From: Anthoceros angustus
Lineage: Eukaryota > Plantae > Anthocerotophyta
Assembly: GCA_010909165.1 (NCBI GenBank)
Contig: VJWM01000019.1
Location: forward strand, 992,001 to 1,056,000
Length of the DNA stretch: 64,000 bases
Direction: 5' to 3'
Shown here: in pieces, positions 26,377-37,463 of the stretch
How positions within the stretch are numbered: the first letter of the stretch is position 1
How the letters are laid out: each line of letters begins with the position of its first letter
Program-made: the position numbers and the translations under genes
The notes under the pieces: generated by a model
Databases searched by the model: none
What the model was told of the DNA's origin: nothing
What the model saw: only the letters and a program-made list of their open reading frames with translations

Positions 26377-27575
26377 TTGAGCATGCTATGTCAGCAGGGG
26401 AAGCTTCCTGAGAGTCCGTTGGAGCCCTGGAATATCTGGCCCAGGCACACACTCCGCCATTTCTCAGTCTCTGTTTCACACCGTGCCATGAACTCTGTGC
26501 AGGAAAAGGATTTGGTTGTGTGGCGGCGAGGTCATGACCTTACTGTCAAACTGGGTACGACATACTTGGGGAACCCTCTCCTACGAATGTATGCATGTGG
26601 AGGCAGGCTGCAGGCGGCCAAGGATTTGTTCACCAGGGTAGACAAACCTAACGTCTTCAAGTGATCTCTGAACTGGGAAGCGCGGAAAACCTAGGGAGGC
26701 AATATATCTGTACCATGAGATGCACCAGTCATGAGGGAAGGCCGATGTCACGTCTTTGTAGCTGCCCTTCAAGCTTGTGTATTTTGCGCCGAATTGGAAT
26801 CTGGCAGAATAGTGCACTTAAATCTACGTGTTGCACAGTGGCATTCCTCTCAACTTGTTTGTTGGCACGTACCTGGTGGACATGATGTAATATGGGGGGG
26901 AACTGGAAGATGCACGCAGGGCTGGGGTTTTGACAGCTTGGCCACAAAAAATGTGGTGACACGGAAGGTGCTGATTGCTGGGTATTCCCAACGAAGGCAC
27001 TAATTGTGTATGGACTAATGGAGCAGGAGGGGCTGATTTTGGCCGATTACAATTGAGATCCGTGGAATAATAAAATCCCGTCATCCTTACGAGCAATTTC
27101 CTGCTAGGGACGTTGACATTCACCTACATCTGCCTTTTGTCTCAAATGCTTGGACTATACTGGTAAGCAGTTCTCAAGCAAAACTTTACCCACTTTCAGC
27201 ACTCAGAAGTGGGAATCAACAGGAAGCAATGATCACCGCGTGAGGAGATAGAAGCCGCCTAATGGTGTCATGTTCTGTCACTGAGATTGGCCAAAACTCA
27301 GTGTGAGGTCCGCTTATTCTGGATGCCAAGACGTCTGTGACTGAAAGAGAACGGGGGGCAGATTTTGAGCGGACTCTCCCAGCACAGGCATCGTGGCATT
27401 CAGACTCCTGAGGCAATTGAACCGAAGAATGTCTGAATCGGTCGGCCCTGAGAAGGCAGTTCGGGCACCTGCCCTTGAAGGACTAGCCTGCGATGGAGAG
27501 AAATGTTCCGAGGCAAAATGGGACAATAGCTTCAATTTTAGAATTCGTCTTCACATCACACATGACTTGCTTTAG
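26377..27575 (+). pseudogene. Decayed PLS-class PPR gene
   Basis: LCQQGKL; LGNPLLRMYACGGRLQAAKDLF...KPNVF; EAIYLYHEMHQS*; VFVAALQAC...LESGRIVH; KNVVTRKVLIAGYSQ, spread over frames with stops. Confidence 0.7.
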
Positions 27576-27850
27576 CATTGGAAGAATGATCGGAGAGCCA
27601 CCATGGTCCGACTCATGAGGGTTTTCCTAAACCCTACATAGCGTGATGTTAACGAATTTGTCGGACTCAGCACTCTCACTACTGGAGAGGGATCAGCAGC
27701 CCACTGGAAGACGGAGCTCTAGCTACCGATGATCATTCAAATCCGTGGGCAGGATGTGGATGGATGCCGCGCTAGCCAATTTCTGCGCTTTCCTCCTCCT
27801 CCCTAAGCCTGACGACGAATCCTTTGAATTTCGCCTCAACACACGAAAGT

Positions 27851-27930
27851 CCCGTAACGGAGTGGTGAGCAAATCCGGTAAGAGTTCGTAGGTTCGAATC
27901 CCGTAACAGCGTGGTGACGAACCCGCTCTC
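27851..27930 (+). other. tRNA-like / SINE-head-like remnant (not a functional tRNA)
   Basis: GGAGTGGT (A-box-like) and GGTTCGAATCC (B-box) within a 49-bp tandem duplication; no anticodon arm and a weak T-stem. Confidence 0.35.
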
Positions 27931-28316
27931 GAGCTGTCACGCTGTCGAGATCGGAGAAAACTGTCACGCTTCCGTATGAAAATCCAGAATGCCATACCAC
28001 TTGGAGCGTATGAGCCCCAGAAATATTCAATGAGCCCCTCAAATATTCAAAGGTCAACAATAACCGCCCTTCGGCGGCATACAGTATTACAGACAACTAG
28101 AACCAGCTAAGTAGCAAGTAGAGTTTGAATGATTAGCAGAAGGAATTTGATGTCGGTCTTGAAGGCCTCAACTCGGACTGAGCAAGAGACAGTGAAAAGA
28201 TTATCAAAACAATGCCAGGCCAGATCCATGTGCCACTGGCGTGAGTATCGCAATGCCTGTTCCAAGACAGAGAAGCATCCCGGATTCATGAGGACATAAC
28301 TTCCTTAGGACAGTCT

Positions 28317-28928
28317 TTAGGACACTACGGAGTCCGAACGCACCGGCGCTTCCCGATACACTTCGCCTTCCGGAGACACGCACTCAGCAATTACGTCATC
28401 GTTGATGACGTTCTCAAAGTTCGCGGTGCACGAGTCGGGAGTCGAGTTGTGATGGACAGGAATGCACTGGTATCCCTTGGGACATTGGTGGTAACATGAT
28501 CCGCAGTGCCAGTCATCATGAAACAGGTTGGTGCATATGCCCTCACAGCACGTCTCGTCCCGGCTGCAGATGATATCGAAAGCTCCGCAGTACTCACGGT
28601 GATCGGCAATATCGACGCCATCCGATCCGGCGTTACGAAAAATTTCTTTCAATTCACACACAGGGAACCACGTCGGAGGATACACATAAATGCAGCGATT
28701 GCACCGGGGCTGACGATGAACAAGGAAAACAACACTCAGTGTAAGACGTAGACAATTGAATCCGAATTCCTCAAATGCGAATCAACAATCTCGGTCAGTT
28801 GATATGGATCTTACATATTCATGCCACTTAGAAATGCAATTCGATCCTAGGCCAATTCTGCCGGCACTAACAAGCGTGGCTGAAAAGAACAGAAGCAGGG
28901 CGAGCTTGAGCGCAGAGGTGAGCGCCAT
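28317..28928 (-). CDS. STIG1-like Cys-rich secreted protein, copy 2 (intact, 2 exons, 168 aa)
   Basis: Exon 1 28928-28815 (signal peptide MALTSALKLALLLFFSATLVSAG), GT-AG intron, exon 2 28709-28317 in phase. CCEGICTNLFHDDWHCGSCYHQCPKGYQC fits the STIG1 Cys pattern CCxxxCxxLxxDxxHCGxCxxxC. Confidence 0.8.
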
Positions 28929-29259
28929 GACGCCGCCGGAGCGTGAAGATGAAACTTGCTGAACTGTTCTTGAAAAGCAGAAAGGCGCGCAGGCGAAAAA
29001 GAGACAGCACTGGAGCTGTCGGTACAGCTCCCGGACTAGGCACTAGCACACAGTACAGTGGCAGCCGAAAATTATTGGGGGGAAGTCACGCCATCCAAGA
29101 CCTTCCGCATCCTGGTAACGGGTGCACTGGTTGTAGGGGCCGCAAAGCCGCAGCTGGGCAGCATTGTAACCCCTCAATTCTCATTCGGCGTTGAACCATC
29201 GTTTGCACATACCGTGGATTCGAATCCCGTAGTAGGTTCCAATTAATTTGATTATTTGT

Positions 29260-29325
29260 TTGTAGTGGAGTGGTGACGACCCCGCTCCCACTGCAGCGGT
29301 CGCAAGGTCGATTCCTTCAACCATA
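29260..29325 (+). other. Second tRNA-like / SINE-head-like remnant
   Basis: TGTAGTGGAGTGGTGACGACCCGCTCCCACTGCAGCGGTCGCAAGGTCGATTCCTTCAAC resembles a tRNA 5' half plus a degenerate T-loop and shares GTGGTGACGA(A)CCCGCTC with 27910-27930. Confidence 0.3.
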
Positions 29326-29384
29326 CACTCTCCCTGTCAAACCTTCAATCCCTGTCTCCCTCTATCGTAGCTCACAATGTCAGA

Positions 29385-29590
29385 TGCGGACATCCAACTG
29401 TAAGCCCTGTCCTAGCTACTAACTTTGCTGAAAGCCTGAAAATATATACAAAACCCATTAATGGGAATTCACAGTGGTCACATATGGACGACATCCAATT
29501 GTAACCCCCGTGCTGAAAGCCGCAGCAATGGGTATTCACAGTGGTCACATATCCATGGACGACATCCAATTGTAAGCCCCGTCCTATCTA
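29385..29590. repeat. Degenerate tandem repeat, about 3 copies of 70-90 bp
   Basis: GACATCCAA(C/T)TGTAA(G/C)CCC recurs three times; CACAGTGGTCACATAT recurs twice. Confidence 0.75.
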
Positions 29591-29598
29591 TCTGCCAT

Positions 29599-29660
29599 GC
29601 TGAGGCTGAGGCTGAGGCTGAGGCTGAGGCTGAGGCTGAGGCTGAGGCTGAGGCTGAGGC
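29599..29660. repeat. (GCTGAG)10 microsatellite
   Basis: Ten perfect hexamers read directly. Confidence 0.98.
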
Positions 29661-29989
29661 GCAGATACTGAAAGTAAAGCTGACAAGAGAGAACATGGAG
29701 ACTCTATAAATAAGCAGAGATGGGAAGTCCCATGTACAGCGAGACGGTAGCTGACAAGTGGACTCAGGTTTGGGCTTTGGCAAGTCCAGTTGACGTAATT
29801 TAACAAACATGGCTGACCAGTGGTATCAGGTTTTGCGTGCGACATGTTCCGTTGAGGCAATTAAACAAAAACAGAAGAAGAAGAAGAACTTTATTTAAGT
29901 CCACTAAGGACGGCAGAACAGGATGGCAGGCATTGGCAGCTCCACACTTTGGGACAATGGTATAGAATACGAGCTTTCCTTAGCTGTCA

Positions 29990-30329
29990 TGCTTTCGCGA
30001 TCGGAGAAAACTGTCACGCTCCAGTAGGCAAATCCAGCATGCTGTCCAAATCCAGGTGCGGAACAGCACATCGGGGAATAGAACCACGGCCCTCGGACAT
30101 CACACTGGACCTGACAATGAACAAGGAAGGCAACACTCAGTGTAAGAACTAGACAATTGCAGCCGAATTTCTCAAATGCAAATTGACAACCTTGGTCAGT
30201 TGATATGGATCTAGCAGAGGCTTCGACATCAGGAGTGCAATTTGATCTTAGACCCATACTGCCGGCACTGACAAGCGTGGCTGAAAAGAGCAGAATCTAA
30301 GCGACCTTAAGCGCAGAGGTGACCGCCAT
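29990..30329 (-). pseudogene. STIG1-like copy 3 (nonsense codon, lost donor, internal deletion)
   Basis: MAVTSALKVA* (TAG at codon 11); donor GTAAG replaced by GCTAG; exon 2 (VQCDVRGPWFYSPMCCSAPGF) joins directly to 3' flank sequence seen at 25040-25070 and 27950-27990. Confidence 0.8.
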
Positions 30330-31167
30330 GAAGCCGCCGGAGCGTGAAGTTGAAGCTTGTGAAACCGTTCTTGAAATGCAGAAAGGCGCGCAGGCGAAAA
30401 CGAGGCGAGGCGGCACTGGATACTGCTGTCGGTGAAGGTGCCGGATGAGGCACTGGCCCAGTAAAACATAACAGTGGCCAGCCAGAAATTTGGGCTCACT
30501 TTGGGGTTTCCCGTGACTCGTTTCACCTGCAATGTTCGTAGATAAAAGTGGAACGTATATGAATTAACTTTTATTATTGCAACAATTCTATCATGTTAGG
30601 TGTATGTATCCAGTCGATGTTTTTTTAGCGGCAATACTTAAAGCTTTATGATTAGGTGTAAAGAATTGAGATACCAAGAATGAGCTTCAAGAGCACGGAC
30701 AGAGCAGCCCCGAAAAGAAACCGAGGTCCTCCAGGGGCTACCAAAAAGACAACTGTCTTGATCAATGCTTGAGAATTCTTGCCTAGCAAGCAAGAGTGCA
30801 TGGGTGACACGGCCTTCTTCTAGTTCTGCATTTCATAACTGAATACAGTTAGCAGAAAAATCTTGCAAATGCTTAGCCCACGAAAGGTAAGTATGGAACA
30901 TCACCATCAGAATGCCTGAAATCCTTGCAAATAGCTCAGCCGAATCAGAGTTTGGAGCATCTGTCCACGGAGCACAGAATGGGATGGACCCAATCACTAG
31001 CTACCGTTTGTCATTGGTGGGCAAAACCAACAAAAGCCTGCCGCAGACCAACACGTAGTCCGTAGTTACAGCACCAACGATTGTTACAGATCAGTAGACA
31101 CCACATAGCAAACTTTGCCAGGCAAATCATGATCAACCTCACCAGGAAAATAATGTCTCGCTCTAAA

Positions 31168-34100
31168 CTAGATTCCTCCAAGCCAATCTTTCAGGCAAAT
31201 GACTGACAAGAATGCGAGCATGATCTCCCCAGCTGCTTGAATAAGTAGCTTACCAAAGCCAGGCGCGCTGCTGGCATGAGAGTCATCTGCAAGCCGTCTC
31301 CGCTCTTCCATAATGGAGGCCCCAGTGAAGTACCAATTCTCATGAAGATGATATCCGCAGATTCTGCATGTTACGACTGGAACCAGAGGCAGACAGCATG
31401 GCTGTAGCCTTCCATCTGTTCAGACACAGATCCACAGATGTTTGAAGCCACAAGGCCTGCAGGCCATGGCATTTGGACAGTCAACATAGGTGAACGAGCA
31501 AACTTCACTCGGGCCCTTGCTGTAGCAGGCCCGAGTCCCAAAGGAGCCAGGATCGAGGTTGTTCAATCGACACATTACCAAGTTAGGAAGCTCAGCGGAG
31601 TGAAGGCAGCTTATCCCCAGCAAGCTACAAACGTCAAGGGCAGTTACGTGTAAAGAATCACAGCGGCCCTACAGCGTCATGTAAACTTTACCAGCAGAGC
31701 GGGCATCTATTACCTCACCACGCTCCACATTCACTCTTGCTCGGCATTTCCTGGACCGCTGGCGCCGTATACTCTCACCATGCGGACATGAGGGAGAACA
31801 AACTTTGCGACATTTGCAGCACTTGAAGCCAATTACGGTGGCTAGGAGTTCTCCTGACAGTCCCATAGAATCTGCATGGAACCATTCTGCATGGCAGTGA
31901 AGTGAAGGTTAATAACCCCTGACCATGTCAAGAAATGCACGAGCACAAATGCTACGTTCACCAGCATAACCTGGAAGCAGACATACCATGACAAAAGCCA
32001 CAGCCTATGTAAGTCAGAGTTGGATTGTATTCCTGCCAGCAGATGTAGCACCTAGGACCAGCACTTGGATCAGATATACGCTGGCCAGGTAGCAAAAGTT
32101 TCTGTCGTCTGTATGCCCTGTGCTTGGCGCTTAACTTGATTCCCCTTCTTGACAAGTCGTTCATGAAAGTAAGCCCATGTAGTGGCGTGCCTGCGAGATT
32201 GGTCTGCATGTTACAATCCTTGCCATACTTTGTTGATGTGCCCTCAGGTTTCTCTGCTTGGGCCAAAGTTGGATACGGCTCTCTTCTTGAATCCTTGATT
32301 ATGGAGCCAGTACATTGATTTTTGCCCTCCAAGTTAGGACGAGTTCTACCTGCCTCTTGTGGCTCTGACTCGGCTATAACATGTTGCTCTGTAGATTCAC
32401 GCCCTTTTGTTTTGCTAGACATAAGCCCATCATTGTCAATCAGTTGCAGCATCTTGTAAGTTGGTTTACGTCTTCGTTTGCCCGTCCTCAAAGCTAAACA
32501 GTTTTGACATACATTTTCAGTAGGATTGTGAATGTTCGGAGCTGGTGAACTAGCTGCAGTCCAAACAAAAGGTCTTGTCAGTTGATGAGTTGCCGACTTC
32601 GGAGGGCAGGATGTCCCCAAAGACGGATTAAAAAGATTTTTGCACGCAATGTTCCAGGACTTACTCTTGCATATCTGGCAGAGAATCAACTTCCTGCGAG
32701 CCATAATTCGAACTGTTAGCGTGGAGTTTTGAAACTCATCAGATCGGAGAGTGATCAACTGATGTTCAACAATTACCTGTCAGCAATAAACATCTTTCGT
32801 CTCGTCACTGGAGGGCATTTCTGTGCGTCGTCTTTGATCAGCGTAACCCTTTGATCAACTAATATCTCAGGAGGAAGAGGCGCACATAGGCTTGCCCAGA
32901 ATGAGCCTCTTTCCATTGTCTTCCGTTTATTTTGAAACCAACGAGCACACTTGGTGAGCTTCATACGGCGCCATGATCGAGCTCTTTTCTCAAAGTCCCT
33001 CACAAGATGGAGCGGCACATCCCTTTCACACGTCCATACAGTAGGACATTCACTAACCCCTGTCTCGTCTGTACCAATTCCTGTTTCTAATGCCTTGTCA
33101 GATGTCCTGAATTTCGGATCCCTTTTCTTCCCACCAACAAACTTCCCATCCTGTGCTCTGCTCGCAGCTCCCACCAAGTAGATCACAGCACCTCCTTCCG
33201 CTGTCTTTGACTTGAGAATGACGTTTCTGTGAGCACCATCTTCAGATTTCAAATACTCTTCAGAAGCAGTAAGATCATTCCACTTGATATACTTGTCCAA
33301 TTGACGCACCTGGAAACAGGTCTCTGTTACATGATGTTGACCCGGGCTAAGGATAGGCAACCAGAAACTCAGCCCTCGGATTCAGAGCTGAGGAAAGCAA
33401 CCTCAAAAGTGTGCACAAGCAGCATGTGAAAACCTGTACAGCAAGTTGGGCGACATTGATGGCCATTTCAAGCCTAGACTGCCACGCGCACTTCAAACTC
33501 CTGTACGCAGCTGCTTCACCCTCAGCGTAGATAAGCTCAGGGACTTCCTTGAGTCCGCCTGCAAAACCGGGGAATACATCATCACGGCTCTGCTGCCAGG
33601 CATTAGTGTACTAGAACATACGAGAAAACATCAGGCATGCCTTGACGGCCGGCTCGTCTAACTGTTGATGAAGGAAGCCTCTCTGATCGTATCAATTGCC
33701 GAGAAAGCTTTCCACCTCGCATCCAAAACTGTCCAGAACCAAGATCTCCATCCGATACTGATTTAGGTCTACAACCAGCAACACCAGGCTGTCTCCCAGG
33801 TCTTCCTCTCCGAAGAGCGATGGCTTCTGTGTTATAAGACGTTATTCTCCAAGACCGCAAATAACAATGCTCGCTATGCCTGGTCCAATCTGTTGATAAA
33901 GCAATGAGCCTTAGACTAGATCCCATCTGCAAGATCAGACAGAGAGTACTGCACTTTTCAGCCACTACACTACACCTGACCCCAAGGTCAGCAGCCCTGA
34001 TCGAAATCCAGGCAACGGCCCCGCATTTCACTATGCCTGAGTCTCAGCGTGTCAAGAGCAACTTGAGTTTCCAAGCATCCACAGTTCACTTACTTGCAAT

Positions 34101-36594
34101 ACTGCGGTCTTAAGCGAGTGTAAGGACACGGCCAGTTCCACTTTTCTCCGCCAATTCTTCCTGTGGTCGCCATACTCCCATGGTCCAGTCAGAAGCCCAT
34201 CAAGGCTCTCCTCCATGTGGAGGACATACGCAACAAGTGCTGGAAGATGGTCAAAGCCACCTCTCGTAAAGCGAAGACCGCCAGGAACAAGAGCAGCTCC
34301 GATGGACAGAGTTCCAGCTACAAGGTTCAAAAGGCATGCTCTTCGAGAAGAAGACTTGCAGGGGATGCACCACCCACACCTCTCTTTCCGGCACTCCACC
34401 TGCTTCTTCTTGTTCTGTGGCCAGTAGAACTGCGTTGCTGCTTGCGAAAAGGCTTTCATCTGATCCGCAGCATGAAGACTTTTGGATTTCTTGCGAGCAG
34501 ACGTGCCCTCTGGAATGCCATCAAGTCCAGCCATGACCGCCAGGCTAGCTGCTGCAGAAGCTGCTGCATCCCCCAGCGCATACTGATTGACGTAAGCACA
34601 AGCTTTCACTTCGGATGTCCTCTCCGTGAGAACATCTAACCGCAGGCCTTTGATGTTGCCTTGAGAATCTCGCTTCATAGATCCGACATGCAACCTCTCA
34701 AAATCTACAGGTTCGTCCACAGTTTCAACGCTTGGCCCTCCTGCACTGCAACGGGCAGGGTCTGTTTTCTCCTGCTCAGTGACCACCTCCGCACTTTCCG
34801 TAGCCCGGCAGCGATGATTGCTGGACATAGCTAGTGTCCGTTCTGGGTCTTGGAAGTTCCCGTCATGCGACAGAGAGAGAGCTACATTCCTGCCAGAAGC
34901 AGGATCTCTGGAAGCTGCGGACGGCGAGGATCTAGGAACAGGCGCATTCTCTGCATCTATCATCACTCGTGAGGACTGTGCGTGACCAAAACTTGCTTCC
35001 CACCATCGCAGCACAGAAGATCGAACACCGTCGTAGCAAGGGCCACGGTCCTGGAAGAATCTCAGCAGTCTATGGACATCAGAGCCGTCATATAGGTGAT
35101 ACTCTTTAGGTGAAAGGTACGAATCCGACCTGCAATAAGCATGACGAAGAACTATGGTCACCTTACAATGACGATAGAAGCTACACAGAATCATTTCACA
35201 AGCTGGTCATACAATTGGCATTTAGAGCTTACACCAAGAGGTAGCCATAAACGGCGGTGTACAGATGGCCCTGCAGATCGACACCCAACACCTCTGCTCC
35301 CCGTAAACCTTTGGAATCCTTCAAACCGTTCAGGCCTGCCCTGTCCATTCTACATTCAGGACACAACCAATCACCTTCTGGCAGAAGCGCTTTTGATACT
35401 CCAACGCAGCGGGTATGATAGGCAGCCGGGCACCCATCACAGCAGATCAAGCTTCCATCCATGCCACACAGCACACAGTCGTCATAATTCATGTCCCTAG
35501 CTTCAACCAATTCCTGGTCCACAGCTGGGACTCGTGCTTCGCATTCCACCACTGTTTGCTGACAGTGCTCCCCGGATTTCCTTCTCTTCACGCCCATCTC
35601 CTTCGTTCTGCCAGTCACTTTCTCTACGGTTACAAAATCCCGATCCAGACATCCATTTCCTCGGCGTTTCTGTTCTGTACACCATCTTCCACTCGCCGGG
35701 TCCCTCAACCTTCTCAACACGCTTTTGGCCTCTGGAAACTCTGCTTCATGCTCCAAAAGATTCACACGCATCTCAACCTCAGCCTTGGTTTCATCTGATT
35801 CCAGCACGTTGTCGCACAGGAATTTTAGGATGACGATCTTCTTGGCCACATCCAGCTGATAATACTCACAGTCCATAATCCCAAGCCTCACCACATCCAC
35901 TCCACCTCCCTTGCTCACAGCAGCCGTGGCGAGGTAGGCCAACATATACGCAGGCCATGTCACAGCATCCAGGAAATCCCAGTCACAAATCCTGCCAAAA
36001 TTGCGTGCCATGAGGGAATGGCCATCATCACTCCAGCCAGACAAACAAGGGAAGAGACAGATTCACGTAACCCCCACTTTGCAGAAGCATACCATACCTG
36101 AGACAGGCAAGAGCAGAAGGAGAGTCGTCCTTGGCAAGCCGATCTACATGCCGCCTGACCGCTTGCAGAAGGCTAACGTGAATGCAGTCAATTAACGCAT
36201 TGGCCTCCTTCAAGCACAGCGAACAAACAAGTTCGGGGAGAGAGAAGGGGCTGAGAAACAGTACTTGACTGAATGATCTCAGAAAGCTGTAGACTTCAAG
36301 CAGATGAGCTATGGACTCACTTGGCACAGTGACATCCCTGGCTGGCGCCGGACGGTGACACAGTCTACCATCACTTGCCTGCGGGACGTGCAGACAGCCG
36401 GCAGGCAATTCCAATCCCAATTGCGACTGGGACTGGGACTGCCCACAATCCAGCCCTGCGCCCACCCTACAGCATTCCACCACGGCTTCTTCCAGGAAGC
36501 CTGCTTCTTGGGCCTCCGCTTCTTGGGTTCCACCCATCGTCTCCGCTGCCCAAGAGGACAGCAACCTGCCGCTCCTTCTTGCGCAGGATGTCAT
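31168..36594 (-). CDS. PTM: DDT-PHD chromatin protein, PTM-like; both ends tentative
   Basis: DDT domain (IAHLLEVYSFLRSFSQVLFLSPF; DWDFLDAVTWPAY); PHD1 NYDDCVLCGMDGSLICCDGCPAAYHTRCVG...WLCPEC; CGWCIPCK; WNDL; second PHD CYICWQEY...GFKCCKCRK. Confidence 0.88.
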
Positions 36595-37463
36595 TCCCTC
36601 ACACAAAGCCCGCTGCTGCTTCCTCGCGGCTGCGCCTTCAACTCCGCATCCGCAAAATGTTTCCCGCCCATTTCAACAGACCATCCAGCAGCAGGCTTCC
36701 GTGCCTCCTGAACCGTATCCCAGCTGCTCAGGCGTCATTTGCAAGACCCCAAATTGCGCATTCCTTCCTTGCCAAAGCGTACCATACACCGTTGCTTGCT
36801 ACATACAGTACTTGTACGAGGCCGCTAAACCATGGACTTCAGCGTCCCCTTCCGACTCTGTTAAGCTCGGAGGTTCAAGCCGCTAAGATCTGTCAACACG
36901 GCGCATTCAAATGCAACCAGGTGAAAGGACGATTTGAAGGAAGGAGAGATCTGGAGGGAGAAGTTTGAGAAGTTGCACATCTAGCTGCGCTTTACCTACA
37001 CGTGTCAGTTGTCCGCCCCTATCAACCATTCCCACATACACACATACATACAAAGGTTGCCCACATACATACACATTAGCACATCCCTGGGTCCCGTGAA
37101 GAGTCCCTGCCTGTGATTGCAATCGTGGGCGGCCACAGAATCCGTGAGGGGAGCCAGCATGAAGGATCCACGGCAGCCTGGCAAATAGCAACCAAGTCCC
37201 TCGGCAGCTCCACCAGCTTTGATACTCATGCGCATCTGGCAGCAGAGGACGTGTGGCCATGCATGGCAGAAATGTTTGGTGAAAAGCTTAGCAACCAGCA
37301 TATGTGGAGACTTATTCCTATGCCTGGAGACATCCGCCATCATTTTATTTGAATGGATGATGTTCATGGGCGCTCAGGGCACCTGGACACGGCTGAGAAC
37401 AAAAGACTGTTGTCGGCAAGAAGAATCGTCGCACGTGCAATGCCTGCAGTCTGACACGGTTGG

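Noticed and set aside
27851-27930. Functional tRNA gene
   Set aside because: No anticodon arm or acceptor stem and poor T-stem pairing; kept only as a remnant.
29461-29860. AE/SA/QP-repeat ORFs
   Set aside because: Translations of the (GCTGAG)10 microsatellite with no other coding support.
36309-36533. Alternative PTM start MEPKKRRPKK
   Set aside because: Starts at GTG, is out of frame with the DDT domain and stops before it.
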